Shown in pieces: positions 26,945 to 37,488 of a stretch of DNA of 64,000 nt. The translations under genes and the position numbers were made by a program. The stretch comes from an uncultured Clostridia bacterium (lineage in GTDB: Bacteria; Bacillota; Clostridia; Christensenellales; UBA1242): assembly GCA_944377415.1 (NCBI GenBank), contig CALWEW010000002.1:1-64000 (forward strand), read 5' to 3'. The notes below the pieces were generated by a model. The model had not been told where the DNA came from. It saw only the letters and a list, made by a program, of their open reading frames with translations, and made no database searches. How positions within the stretch are numbered: the first letter of the stretch is position 1; each line of letters begins with the position of its first letter.

Positions 26945-29062
26945 TTACTTCTTTATTTTAGGACGAATGTGCGCACCGCCACAAACATTACATGTACCGC
27001 AAGTTCTGCGATTTATCACGCGAATTATAAAGGCTTCAAGAATTAGAAATACCGCTACAACAGCAAAACACAACCATGCAAATTCTCCACCACCGATTTG
27101 CATAATTAATAGGCAAATTCCATAGAAGACAGCAGACACCGCATACGCTACGACAAATTGCAAAACGAGATACAGCCAAAATACTTTTTTACTTGTCGCA
27201 TGACGAATTTGAATAAGCGCACTTATGCATGGCGAATACAAAAGACAGAAAACCAAAAATGCAATAACTGATGCAGGCGTAAATGTAACTACTCCACCGC
27301 CAAGAACGCTACTAGCGACAGCACTTCCGCTAACCCCATTCATAATGGCAATTCCAGCCAAAACAAGTTCTTTTGCAACAAGTCCAAAAAGCAGGGCGCA
27401 AACTGCTCCGTACTCAAAGCCAAGAGGCTGGAAAATTGGCGAAATAAATTTTGCAATACCCTCTAAAATACTTGTTTGGCTTGAATTTGTAATGTAACTG
27501 AGAGTAAAAGTAAAATTATTTAAGAACCAAATTATAATTGTGCATGCAAGCAAAACACCAAATATACGGCGGACGAAAGCACTTGTATTAGTGCTTACTA
27601 TTGACAAAATTTTTCTCGCACTAGGACAACGCATCGGCGTAAATTCGAGAATTTCTTCTGTGGTATAAGTAGGGTAAAATTTTTGTGCTATAAGTGCTAG
27701 CATAATCGCTACTCCAACGCCGAGAAGATACAATGCAAAAATTATCAACACACTTCCAGCACCGAAAAATGCGCCAGCAAGAGCCGAATATACAGGCAAC
27801 TTTGCACTGCACGACATAAAAGGAATTAAAAGTGCAGTTTTTACTCGCGCGCGGTCGTTGCGCATGGTAACAGTCGTAGGCACAGCGGTTGTCGAGCAAC
27901 CGAACCCCATAAGCAAGGAAAAAACGCTCCGCCCCGAAAGCCCGAGCCTACGAAAAACACTGTCAAACATCCACGATAAACGCGAAATATACCCGCTTTG
28001 TTCGAGAATTTCAAGGAATAAGAAAAGTAAAACGACCTGAGGCAAAAAGCCGAATACACTTCCCACACCGCCAATAATTGCCTGATTAAAGAAATCGACA
28101 AGCCACACGGGCGCACTAAATGTGTTTAATAAATACAAAAGCCCGCCACCTATAAAGTCGACAATTACATAATCAACTATTCCGCTCAAAAAGTCGCCGA
28201 CATACCCAAATGTGATAAAGAAAACCACAAGCATTACGGCAAGAAATATAGGGAGAGCAAGGTAATTATTTAAAATAAATTTGTCAAGTTTACTACTACC
28301 GTACGGTATTTTTGAGCGATTTTTTAGCGAATTTAAGACTATTTTTTCAATATTTTTTTGCCTGTCCAAAGTAATGCGCTTTACCCCGTCAGGAAAGGAA
28401 AACTTGCGCATTTTAGTCTGTTTATTGAGCGGAATTTCACAACTTCGAATTTCATCAAAAGCACCTTCACGCAAGCGAATAGCATTATACTTTAAATACT
28501 CGCTTTTACAAAAAGTTTGCATTTCGGAACAAACTACATCTAACTGCCAATTTTCAACATATTTCGGCGTTTCCATACGATGAGCGCGAGTTACTAAAAA
28601 AGCAAATTTTTCAATTAATTTCTTTTTATTAAGGCAAAGTTCGCTGACTTCACAACCAAGAGATTTTGACAGTGCACGCGCATCAATTTGAGTTCCACGC
28701 TTTTTAGCATCTTCAACAAAATTTAATCCAATCACTACACGCAAACCCAATTCAATTAATTGCATTGTAAGGTTTAATGAGCGTTCAAAATTATTTACAT
28801 CAATTATATTTACGATTACAGCATCTTGATTATTTAATATTTCGCGCACGGTTACATTTTCTTCAGGCGAAAAGGGAGTCATTCCATAAACACCAGGGAG
28901 GTCAAAAATTTGATAATCAATACCCTTAAACCTACAAATAGCAGCCGCTTTATTTACTGTTACTCCATGCCAATTACCTGTATGGATATTACTCCCAGTT
29001 AGTATATTAAAAATAGTAGACTTCCCTGCGTTTGCCAAGCCCACGAGATAAACGCGTTTCAT
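26945..29062 (-). CDS. feoB: Ferrous iron transporter FeoB (705 aa).
   Basis: The N-terminal G-domain (VGLANAGKSTIFNILTG…DLPG) is followed by the gate/TM regions. Its start overlaps the feoA stop. Confidence 0.95.
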   Translation of the reverse strand: MKRVYLVGLANAGKSTIFNILTGSNIHTGNWHGVTVNKAAAICRFKGIDYQIFDLPGVYGMTPFSPEENVTVREILNNQDAVIVNIIDVNNFERSLNLTMQLIELGLRVVIGLNFVEDAKKRGTQIDARALSKSLGCEVSELCLNKKKLIEKFAFLVTRAHRMETPKYVENWQLDVVCSEMQTFCKSEYLKYNAIRLREGAFDEIRSCEIPLNKQTKMRKFSFPDGVKRITLDRQKNIEKIVLNSLKNRSKIPYGSSKLDKFILNNYLALPIFLAVMLVVFFITFGYVGDFLSGIVDYVIVDFIGGGLLYLLNTFSAPVWLVDFFNQAIIGGVGSVFGFLPQVVLLFLFLEILEQSGYISRLSWMFDSVFRRLGLSGRSVFSLLMGFGCSTTAVPTTVTMRNDRARVKTALLIPFMSCSAKLPVYSALAGAFFGAGSVLIIFALYLLGVGVAIMLALIAQKFYPTYTTEEILEFTPMRCPSARKILSIVSTNTSAFVRRIFGVLLACTIIIWFLNNFTFTLSYITNSSQTSILEGIAKFISPIFQPLGFEYGAVCALLFGLVAKELVLAGIAIMNGVSGSAVASSVLGGGVVTFTPASVIAFLVFCLLYSPCISALIQIRHATSKKVFWLYLVLQFVVAYAVSAVFYGICLLIMQIGGGEFAWLCFAVVAVFLILEAFIIRVINRRTCGTCNVCGGAHIRPKIKK

Positions 29063-29283
29063 GCCTTTTCCACCAAAATAAAATTTGACAAATCGGCACG
29101 AATCCCCAGCATTACCCCCTTTACTGCATAAATTCCACCCGAAAGTTTTCGTTCAGCAGCAAGCACTGATATCATCGACTTCGGCGTGCAACCTAGTTCA
29201 AAAATGCGCCTACGCAGCATTATAGGAGCATTAACATCAACAACTCGCACAGTATCGCCACTCTTACAACTTGACAATTTCAT
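29059..29283 (-). CDS. feoA: FeoA family protein (74 aa).
   Basis: SH3-like FeoA sequence (LSSCKSGDTVRVVDVN…GIRADLSNFILVE), immediately upstream of feoB. Confidence 0.85.
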   Translation of the reverse strand: MKLSSCKSGDTVRVVDVNAPIMLRRRIFELGCTPKSMISVLAAERKLSGGIYAVKGVMLGIRADLSNFILVEKA

Positions 29284-29344
29284 GTTAAATAATATGCGAA
29301 AAAAAAATTCCTAATTCATTTTAGGAATTTTTGTACACAATAAT

Positions 29345-29821
29345 TTAAGCACTTTCATTTTTCTTTTCTATTTCAGCTTTAAAATCGTTGAGCAAATCAA
29401 TAAAGTTTGACACATCTTTAAACTGCCTATATACCGATGCAAAACGAATATAAGCGACTTCGTCAACTTTTTTGATTTCGTTCATCACGAGCTCGCCAAT
29501 TTTACTACTTTGAATTTCTGGTTCAAGCGTATTGTAAATTGCCTTTTCAATATTAGAAACCATTTCTTCAATTTGCGCAAAAGTAACAGGGCGTTTTTCA
29601 CACGCTTTTATTATACCCTTTCTTATCTTTTCGCGGTCAAAAGGCTGGCGGTCGCCATTAGCCTTTACGACCAACACGGGAATACTCTCATACTCCTCGA
29701 ATGTTGTGAAACGCCTACCACATTTAGTACATTCACGACGACGACGAACGATTGTACAATCTTCGTTAGTTCGACTATCTATTACCTTCGATTCAAGCGA
29801 ACCACAAAATTTACACTTCAT
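29345..29821 (-). CDS. nrdR: Transcriptional repressor NrdR (zinc ribbon + ATP-cone).
   Basis: MKCKFCGS…RRRECTKCGRRFTTFE plus the ATP-cone. SD ggtggag before the ATG at 29821; the track start is an upstream GTG. Confidence 0.9.
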   Translation of the reverse strand: MKCKFCGSLESKVIDSRTNEDCTIVRRRRECTKCGRRFTTFEEYESIPVLVVKANGDRQPFDREKIRKGIIKACEKRPVTFAQIEEMVSNIEKAIYNTLEPEIQSSKIGELVMNEIKKVDEVAYIRFASVYRQFKDVSNFIDLLNDFKAEIEKKNESA

Positions 29822-29976
29822 AATTTTCTCCACCTATACACATGATTTGTGCATTAAATATTATCTAAAATTTAAAATTTGCTAAATAGTGTAAACTATT
29901 TTTTTTATACAAATTTTGCGACATTCTTGCTAATTTTTGCTTGTAAGTCGCTAAAATTTACAAGAAAGTTGTTAAT

Positions 29977-32043
29977 TTACTCATTTTCTTGTAGTACATA
30001 AAGTTTATTAATTGCGCGAGTAGAAGCAATAAATTTTAAATTTCCCCCTAACTCGCTATTATAAATTCCGCCGTTATCAACAACAATTACAGTATTAAAT
30101 TCAAGACCTTTCGACAACAACACAGGTATTACCTGCACTTGTGCAAATGCAGCGCTGCGAGCGCTTTCAACAAGGCAAACCTTATGCGGTGCAACCTTTT
30201 GAATTTCAGTAGTTATTGCACGAGCGCTTTCAACATCACCTGTAATTATTCCTATTGTTCCACCGTCTGTAATTTCTTTTTCGAGAATTTCAATCACTTG
30301 CGAAGCCACTTGTTCTGTGCTGTCTGCGATTTGTTTTTCAACTACAGGGTGTCCATTATTCAACCTAAACGCATTATGACGCGGATTACCTATCAAGCGT
30401 GAAGCATATTCAACAATTTCCTCACTGCTACGATAAGCATTATCAAGTGAGTAGAATCGCTGTGTACCAAAATGCGAACGCATTACCATGATATTATTTA
30501 AATCGCCTATGCCAAGCGGATTCGTCTGTTGATATTTATCACCAAAAATACTAAACTGCGCACGCGGGAAAAGTCGCATAATTAAGTCAATAAAGAGCGC
30601 GGGATATTCTTGAGCCTCATCAATTACAATATGGCGAATATCCATTTTTACGACCATATCTTCTAACTCTCGTTTTAACACACACATTAAAATTGCATCT
30701 TCCGTTTTTACAAGAGTTAAATCAGGTTTTGTCAAACCTACTTCATCACAAAAATCACGGTAAAGGTACTCTATATTTACTGTTGCGTTAAAACATTTCA
30801 AAACATGCTCTTTGACTTGTGCGAAAACAAGTTCATTTTCATCTGCTTTTAACTTCTTCACCACATACCCAGCAATCGCATCAAAGCGGTCAAAATAAGG
30901 CAAATCACAGAAATCTGCTGTCCAAAGTCGATTTAGAAGTTTTGCTGCGAATGGTATTTCTCGCACCTTAAAACCTTTAATTGCAGTAGTTTTGTCAATA
31001 AGTTTTTCAACAAACTTTTTGACCTTTTCTTTTATTCCTAAATCAAGTTTTGCTGCAATCTCTTCTTTTTTTGCTTTATTAAGGCGTAAGTACCGCAACA
31101 AAAACATATCAGACTCTTCAAAATGTTTAGGCAACTTCAAAAGTCTGCCTATAAATTTCGCCATCGTGGCGCTACGGGTGTTCTGTTCCCCTAACTCTGG
31201 TAGCACTCCCTCAATATGCGACATAAAAGCATCATTAAGTGTAAAAATTAAAAAGTTAGCCGACTTCAAATCCTTTAATCTATACATTGCGTATGCAATT
31301 CTATGAAGCGCAACGGTCGTTTTCCCACTGCCCGCGTATCCTTGCACAATCACGACATCGTTTGTAATGTCGCGAATAATTGCATTTTGTTCGGCTTGAA
31401 TAGTTGAAGCAATATTATGTAGCTTGTCTGTGCTAATTTTATTAAGCACATTTTGCAAATATTCATCGTAAAGATTTGCACCTTTATCAAACATGTTTAT
31501 CAACTTGCCGTCAGCGATTTCGAACTGTCGTTTTAAAGTTATTTCCCCTGATACGAAACCGTGAGGAGTGCGATACCGAGCCGCCCCCTTGCCATAATCA
31601 TAAAATAATTCACAAATGGGCGCGCGCCAATCATAAACAAAATACTTGCCTTCGTGCTCAACACCTGTTAGCCCGACATAAAAATCATCGGAATTTTCTC
31701 CTGCGGAAAAACGCACACGACCAAAATACGGGCGTTGGCGATTACGCTTTAAAAGATTAATCCTATCTATTTGAGCGTTGCCTATTGTAATAAGGTTATC
31801 TATGCGTTCGTTTATGCTCACTCGTTCTTGCGGGTCTATATCGCCGAAAATCTGCGTTCCACGAACATAATACTCACGCAAATCAGCAACATCAGCTTTT
31901 GCTTCATCAATATTTTTACTCAAATGTTCAATTTCGCCATCAATCGCTGAAAGAGTATTATTTAAGTGCTTAACTTCGACTTGCCATTCCGCCGTATGTT
32001 TTATATCATTTGCTTGCGCAGAATTTTGCGTTGATTTACTCAC
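29977..32043 (-). CDS. helD: HelD-type (helicase IV-like) UvrD-family helicase with an N-terminal coiled-coil; RNA-polymerase-associated.
   Basis: Walker A IVQGYAGSGKTTVALHRIAY. Conserved N-terminal YFGRVRF block typical of HelD. GTG start with an agggggt SD. Confidence 0.8.
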   Translation of the reverse strand: MSKSTQNSAQANDIKHTAEWQVEVKHLNNTLSAIDGEIEHLSKNIDEAKADVADLREYYVRGTQIFGDIDPQERVSINERIDNLITIGNAQIDRINLLKRNRQRPYFGRVRFSAGENSDDFYVGLTGVEHEGKYFVYDWRAPICELFYDYGKGAARYRTPHGFVSGEITLKRQFEIADGKLINMFDKGANLYDEYLQNVLNKISTDKLHNIASTIQAEQNAIIRDITNDVVIVQGYAGSGKTTVALHRIAYAMYRLKDLKSANFLIFTLNDAFMSHIEGVLPELGEQNTRSATMAKFIGRLLKLPKHFEESDMFLLRYLRLNKAKKEEIAAKLDLGIKEKVKKFVEKLIDKTTAIKGFKVREIPFAAKLLNRLWTADFCDLPYFDRFDAIAGYVVKKLKADENELVFAQVKEHVLKCFNATVNIEYLYRDFCDEVGLTKPDLTLVKTEDAILMCVLKRELEDMVVKMDIRHIVIDEAQEYPALFIDLIMRLFPRAQFSIFGDKYQQTNPLGIGDLNNIMVMRSHFGTQRFYSLDNAYRSSEEIVEYASRLIGNPRHNAFRLNNGHPVVEKQIADSTEQVASQVIEILEKEITDGGTIGIITGDVESARAITTEIQKVAPHKVCLVESARSAAFAQVQVIPVLLSKGLEFNTVIVVDNGGIYNSELGGNLKFIASTRAINKLYVLQENE

Positions 32044-32310
32044 AAGTACCCCCTTTGCAAAGTAGGAATAAAATCGCTAAACTTGTAGTAAATAAAAACT
32101 AAAAGTTCGACAAAATTAAATCCCTTGTTTAAGTACATTATTCACCTATTAAAGTTAACATAAATGTTTAAAATTATCAAGTAAAAAGGTTAAATTTAGG
32201 GGTAAATTAAGCACTTTTTAAAACAAAAAGGAATTAAGTATCTTTACTTTCTTAATTCCTTTTATAAAATTTCTAATGATATTATTTAATGCACCATTTA
32301 ATGCTTTAAT

Positions 32311-33117
32311 CTACGCTCTCTCCCTAGTATCTTCGTGCTTTCTAGTCAAATGCATACAGTTAAACTGTTGTATAAAATTCGGGTCGCGATAAGGAACTGG
32401 CCCCCTCATCGCTCTTTCAGCAACTTCAAAGCTGCCGACTTTTAAGCAATCATCGACACCAGTATACAAAAGTATATCCTTTTCTTTCTTAGAAACAGCA
32501 CCCACACTAGGCATTGGCGGCATTTCTCTCAAAGGCAAGTAACAGCCTGGATAAAATACCACCGAATAATCGTTACCCCTATCAATATCGTCATACATTA
32601 CGAAAACTTTTCCATTGTTGTAAATCAAATTAGATTCAACACCGAGCAACTTATTAAAATTATGCACCATTAACGCGCGCTCAAGTTCAGTAGACTTGTT
32701 CTGTCCCTTAAATTCACTAAGATTGCGACTTTGAGTCATAAACTTACTGTATTCGTTGTCATTTACAATTTTTCCACCTAAATACTTGTTTAAGGCCGTT
32801 GTCATGTATGCTAGATAAACAATTGGTCCGATTTCAGTAGCATTTGGATAAGTTTTATTAAAATCTTTTATTTCATTTAAAAACATTTTAGCAAACTCAA
32901 TAGTTGCAGCCTTATCAATATGAACAGGACTTTGACCAGGGATTCTATCGCAGTTCGCACTGCTAGAAATCAAATTTTCATAAATCTGCCCAGATGGAGT
33001 TATATTCCCATTATCAGCATAAAAAGCCGCCGCATTGTAGGCGTTGTTTAAATAAGCATTTATATTAGCTTCTCCTGAATTAGCAAGCGCTAATAACTGA
33101 TTTAAAGACATTGGCAT
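32311..33117 (-). CDS. Hypothetical protein (268 aa); last gene of an operon of three unknown proteins.
   Basis: SD gaaggtga. No family recognised. Several Cys/His sites (SSANCDRIP, YPGCYLP, VDDCLKV, QFNCMHL). Confidence 0.65.
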   Translation of the reverse strand: MPMSLNQLLALANSGEANINAYLNNAYNAAAFYADNGNITPSGQIYENLISSSANCDRIPGQSPVHIDKAATIEFAKMFLNEIKDFNKTYPNATEIGPIVYLAYMTTALNKYLGGKIVNDNEYSKFMTQSRNLSEFKGQNKSTELERALMVHNFNKLLGVESNLIYNNGKVFVMYDDIDRGNDYSVVFYPGCYLPLREMPPMPSVGAVSKKEKDILLYTGVDDCLKVGSFEVAERAMRGPVPYRDPNFIQQFNCMHLTRKHEDTRERA

Positions 33118-33210
33118 AATATCACCTTCTAAATTTATCTACGATATTGTACCATAATATAAAGAAAATTTCAATACCAAAAACAAAAAAAGTGCATACG
33201 CACTTTTTGA

Positions 33211-34443
33211 TTACATTGTCCTACCATTATCATGGGTTTGAATTCCTTGTTTACCAAGCCCCGAATCCAAATTAGTAACATTAATAATTTCAAAAGAGTG
33301 AGTGTCGGCTACTTTTGTTTGTTGTTGTGGTTCTTTCTTTGGCGGGTCAAAACTTGGTTTCTTCTCGTCTTTGCCCTTGTCACCTTTTTTACCCCCCTTA
33401 CCGTTTGGCGAAGTATAACCAACTCTATCATTTTGTTTAGGGTTATAACCAAATGGGTCTTTGCCACCGCCACCCTTGTTTACACGAACTGCGGGGTTTT
33501 TAGGCTTTGCTGGAGCAGGCTTTTCTTTACTCATATCAGTAAACAGCGCTTTTTTCTCGGCACGCTCAAGTGGATTATCCTCACGAACTTTTTCTTCTAC
33601 CTTAATGGCTAAGTTATACGCTTTTTTATCCGCCTCGACAAGTTGTTCTTTTATTGCAGGCGATTTTTCAAGCGCTTTTTTGCTAACTTCTAAATCAAGA
33701 ACCTCATCGAGTAATTCATTGAGATACATAAAGCGATGCTCAGCCTTATCAAAATAAGGTTCTAGTTTGTTTCTGCGGTTCGCGAACTCGGCTAAAATAA
33801 CAGAAAGTTCGGGGTCCTCCGCAAGCAACTGCAAACGCTTGTTAAAATATGCTTCTTCTAATTTATCGAGCGGGTCATACGCTTGTGCTTTAATTGCGGC
33901 AAGCATTTCAAGACGCACGCGAAGTGAATCTGGCAAACGCTCTGTAATTTCGGTTTCATCGCCATCAAATTCTTTAAAATTGAATGCTTCAAGCGCCTTA
34001 TCCATAAAGAATTCATCGAATTTATACTCGTACGTCGCGACTACACTCGTGAGCGTGTCGACATAATATCCATTTAATCGAGGCAATTCTTCAAGTAATT
34101 GAAGATAGCAATATGCGTTACCATTACCAAGTTCGCGTGGCGGAGTTACATTAAATTTGTAAACACGGTCATCAACAAAGGCTCGCCCCTCGACACCATT
34201 AATAGTATTAGCATCAATCTTTTTCGTAAGGTTGACCAAATCGACCTCAATATTTTCAGCGATTATATAGTTCCCTTTTTCATCAAAATCGCCAACAAGG
34301 TCATTTCTAATTACATCTTTAAATCGTAGCGTTTTCATGTGATTAACATCATGTTCTCCTGTAACAAAGCCTTCTTCGCTGTCAATTTTGATATAAGTAA
34401 CTTCAGCAGGCATCTCTTCTAATCCCCTGTTTTTATCTTCCAT
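33211..34443 (-). CDS. Hypothetical protein (410 aa) with a Gly/Lys/Pro-rich disordered C-terminal third.
   Basis: Starts 8 nt after the upstream gene's stop, suggesting coupling. No family recognised. Low-complexity tail KPAPAKPKNPAVRVNKGGGGKDPFGYNPK…GKGGKKGDKGKDEKKP. Confidence 0.65.
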   Translation of the reverse strand: MEDKNRGLEEMPAEVTYIKIDSEEGFVTGEHDVNHMKTLRFKDVIRNDLVGDFDEKGNYIIAENIEVDLVNLTKKIDANTINGVEGRAFVDDRVYKFNVTPPRELGNGNAYCYLQLLEELPRLNGYYVDTLTSVVATYEYKFDEFFMDKALEAFNFKEFDGDETEITERLPDSLRVRLEMLAAIKAQAYDPLDKLEEAYFNKRLQLLAEDPELSVILAEFANRRNKLEPYFDKAEHRFMYLNELLDEVLDLEVSKKALEKSPAIKEQLVEADKKAYNLAIKVEEKVREDNPLERAEKKALFTDMSKEKPAPAKPKNPAVRVNKGGGGKDPFGYNPKQNDRVGYTSPNGKGGKKGDKGKDEKKPSFDPPKKEPQQQTKVADTHSFEIINVTNLDSGLGKQGIQTHDNGRTM

Positions 34444-34451
34444 GGTTACAC

Positions 34452-34904
34452 CTATCTACTTTGAACTTCTTCTTTTGCTTTTGTATTATCTTGCGTAATT
34501 ATGCGCGCTTGTTCAGGGAAGCGCTTTACAAAAGCATTCCACCACAATTTATTTTTCTTTTTGCGAATAGCACGACCGTGCGCTACAACATCGGCACCAC
34601 GAGCATATTGAGCAAAATCAAAGTTATCTTCGGCGGTACCCTGTTCAATTACAATTTCACCTAATTTTTCAACGAAAGCACCCATACCACCAAATTCAAT
34701 GCCAAAATCTACCATGAGATTTTCATCACCAGTTTTATAAACATATGCACTTACCTTTGCAATCTGTTTTGGTGTAGGCGTAAGCCCATCAGTCATAAGC
34801 AACGCAAAATGCTTCAACATTAAATTTACATCACCAGTTTTAATCACGCTATCTGTCTGCGCCATAAGTTCTTTTTGCGCATCGGTTAATATTAATTTTT
34901 CCAT
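34452..34904 (-). CDS. Hypothetical protein (150 aa from the SD-supported ATG).
   Basis: agaggtggaaa ATG GAA AAA (MEKLILTDAQKEL…). The 14-codon upstream extension in the track lacks an SD. Confidence 0.6.
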   Translation of the reverse strand: MEKLILTDAQKELMAQTDSVIKTGDVNLMLKHFALLMTDGLTPTPKQIAKVSAYVYKTGDENLMVDFGIEFGGMGAFVEKLGEIVIEQGTAEDNFDFAQYARGADVVAHGRAIRKKKNKLWWNAFVKRFPEQARIITQDNTKAKEEVQSR

Positions 34905-35090
34905 TTTCCACCTCTTTTGAATAGCCCTCAAATTAATTTGCCCCAAGTTAGAGTAATTATAATGCTTTTCGCAAAAAAAAGCAAACCTTTTTAAGCAATT
35001 TCTTCACACAAAACATGTATTAATTTAATTGGAATTAAATTATAAAGATAGTCCTATAAGAGTTGCTAGTTTTTTAATTTTTAATAGCGG

Positions 35091-36485
35091 TTAAAATTCA
35101 AAATAAAATGTACTTCCTTTACCAACTTCACTTTCAACACCAAAATTAAAGTTATGATATGTTAAAATCTCTTTTACAATAGACAGGCCTATACCACTAC
35201 CTGTAACAGCTCGGCGCGAGTTGGTTGCACGGAAATGTCTATCGAATATGTACTTCTGTTCGGCTTTATCAATTCCCGAGCCCTTGTCTGTTACTTCAAG
35301 TCGATATTTATGCTCGCCAGACACTTTAAACAGGCGTAAAGTAATTTCTTTTTTGTCGTATGAATAGTTTATTGCATTATTCAAAAGATTTATAATCACC
35401 TGTTCAATGCGCTTTTTATCACCGAGTAAGTAAACTCGCTTTGGATATTCAAAAGTAAATGTAAAATCTGTATACTTTTCTTTATAAAATTGTTCAAATT
35501 TTTCTAAACTTTCACTAATATTGAAACGCTCAAAATTATACGAAATCGTACCCGCCTGCATTTTAGATAAATCAAGAATATCATTTACCAAATATTCAAG
35601 ACGGTCAGCCTCTTCAAGTATTACTTTTATATTTTCAGCACGCTTTTTCGGGTCGTTGCCATTTATGTCATTAATTAATTCAGCATAAGATTTTATCATA
35701 GTTAGCGGTGTGCGCAACTCGTGAGAAACATTCGCCATAACTTCTTTCCTTAGGCTTTCCGCTTTTTGAATTTCGGCAATTGCATAATTCAAGGTATCCG
35801 ACAGTTCACTAATTTCTTTGTACTCTCGGTTCTCAAACTTCACATTTAAATCTCCTTCACTAAGGAGTTTTGCTTGGTCTGCAATATTGCGAATTGGCTT
35901 TGCAAGGTGCATGCTTGCAAAGTACGAACAAATTACTGTAACTACAAGACTTATGGACATAATTATTAACAACAAATAAACAATTACATTAGTTGTGTAA
36001 GCGGCAGCTGTTACAACACCACTTACATAGTAGTAAACGGGCTGTTCTCCTGAATTATCACAATATCCTAAAATTAAAACTTGTTGGTCTTCATACCTAT
36101 CATCTAAATAACTTACGGTTTCCTTGTCACCGAGTTCACTAATAAGCAAACGCACAAACGCATTAAGCTCAACTGGGTCAGTAACGCGCGAACTGTTAAA
36201 CGCAATATTAATCCCCATTCCTGTTTCATCAACGGTTGTTGAAAATATTACTATATTACAGTCGCCTGTAACTGAAAGCTCGAGAAGTGAATCTTCATCA
36301 CCCGCGTTAAAATACTCCACGGCTTGTGTCATTGTGCGTTCGACTTCTTTTGATTTTATATTATAAAAAATTGTGTCAAAAAAAACGACCTCAAGTATCC
36401 AGTAGAGCCCGAAAATAATGCAGAGAATTATTAAAAAATTAGCCAAAATATTCGCACGAATACTGTATGTTCTTTTCTTTGCCAT
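35091..36485 (-). CDS. Sensor histidine kinase (two TM helices with a ~150-aa extracytoplasmic loop, HAMP, HisKA, HATPase_c).
   Basis: H-box SHELRTPLT; N/G boxes LLNNAINYS…DKGSGI…GSGIGLSIVKEI. Confidence 0.85.
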   Translation of the reverse strand: MAKKRTYSIRANILANFLIILCIIFGLYWILEVVFFDTIFYNIKSKEVERTMTQAVEYFNAGDEDSLLELSVTGDCNIVIFSTTVDETGMGINIAFNSSRVTDPVELNAFVRLLISELGDKETVSYLDDRYEDQQVLILGYCDNSGEQPVYYYVSGVVTAAAYTTNVIVYLLLIIMSISLVVTVICSYFASMHLAKPIRNIADQAKLLSEGDLNVKFENREYKEISELSDTLNYAIAEIQKAESLRKEVMANVSHELRTPLTMIKSYAELINDINGNDPKKRAENIKVILEEADRLEYLVNDILDLSKMQAGTISYNFERFNISESLEKFEQFYKEKYTDFTFTFEYPKRVYLLGDKKRIEQVIINLLNNAINYSYDKKEITLRLFKVSGEHKYRLEVTDKGSGIDKAEQKYIFDRHFRATNSRRAVTGSGIGLSIVKEILTYHNFNFGVESEVGKGSTFYFEF

Positions 36486-36550
36486 TATTTTATCCGTTTT
36501 TTATGTATTTTACTTTTATTTTTATAATTTTTTAAATTTATTAACAAAAA

Positions 36551-37216
36551 TCAAATTTCACTTACAAATTCATACCCCAAACCGCGCGCTGTCCTTATGT
36601 ACTTTGCCGCATCACCTAAATGCGCGCGCAGCATTTTTATGTGAGTATCCACTGTGCGCACATCGCCGTCATAATCATAGCCCCAAATCTCGTTAAGCAA
36701 TTTTTCACGCGACACCACTAAACCCTTATTTCTAATTAACACATTAAGAAGTTCAAATTCCTTTAATGTTGCATGCACATCAACATCATGCACCAAAATT
36801 CTCTTGTTCTCGTGGTCTAATTTGATTTCGTTAATTTCGGCGAACTCAATGTATCCTTTGGTACGCTTTATCACTGCTTTAATGCGAGCCATAACTTCTT
36901 TCGGCGAAAAAGGCTTCGTAACATAGTCGTCAATTCCTAAATCAAACCCCTGCAATTTGTCCTCTTCTTGAGTTTTCGCACTCATCATAATAACAGGAGT
37001 GTTTTTTATTTCTTTCAACGCCTTTACCGTTTGAAAGCCGTCAAGATTAGGCATCATAATGTCAAGTAACACACAATCATAATTGCATTTTTCAAGTTTG
37101 TTTAATGCCTCAAGCCCATCATATGCACAGTCCACAGCAAAGCCATTAAATTCGGCATACTCACGAAGTACATTAACAATATTTCTTTCGTCATCAACAA
37201 TCAAAATTTTTTCCAT
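36551..37216 (-). CDS. OmpR/PhoB-family response regulator.
   Basis: Receiver ILIVDDE…DCVLLDIMMPNLDG…; winged-helix output domain LVVSREKLLNEIWGYDYDGDVRTVDTHI. Confidence 0.9.
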   Translation of the reverse strand: MEKILIVDDERNIVNVLREYAEFNGFAVDCAYDGLEALNKLEKCNYDCVLLDIMMPNLDGFQTVKALKEIKNTPVIMMSAKTQEEDKLQGFDLGIDDYVTKPFSPKEVMARIKAVIKRTKGYIEFAEINEIKLDHENKRILVHDVDVHATLKEFELLNVLIRNKGLVVSREKLLNEIWGYDYDGDVRTVDTHIKMLRAHLGDAAKYIRTARGLGYEFVSEI

Positions 37217-37488
37217 AAGTTACCTCTTTTGCAATTTTGCGAGATATTACCTTTTTTCTGTGAAATCTCAGTGAAAAATTGTACACTATATAGCATTAAA
37301 TTGTTCCATAAACAAGTTGCATTTTATTGAAATAGCTTTTTAGCAATAAATCTTATTTCCTACTCATTCGCAATAAACTCTATTCTCTATCAACAGTTCT
37401 ACATTATAACATAAAAAAAGCAAAATTGAACCACCTTAAGTAAACTTTTATTCATATTTTTGAAAAACAAAAAAGAGCGAACTCCTTG

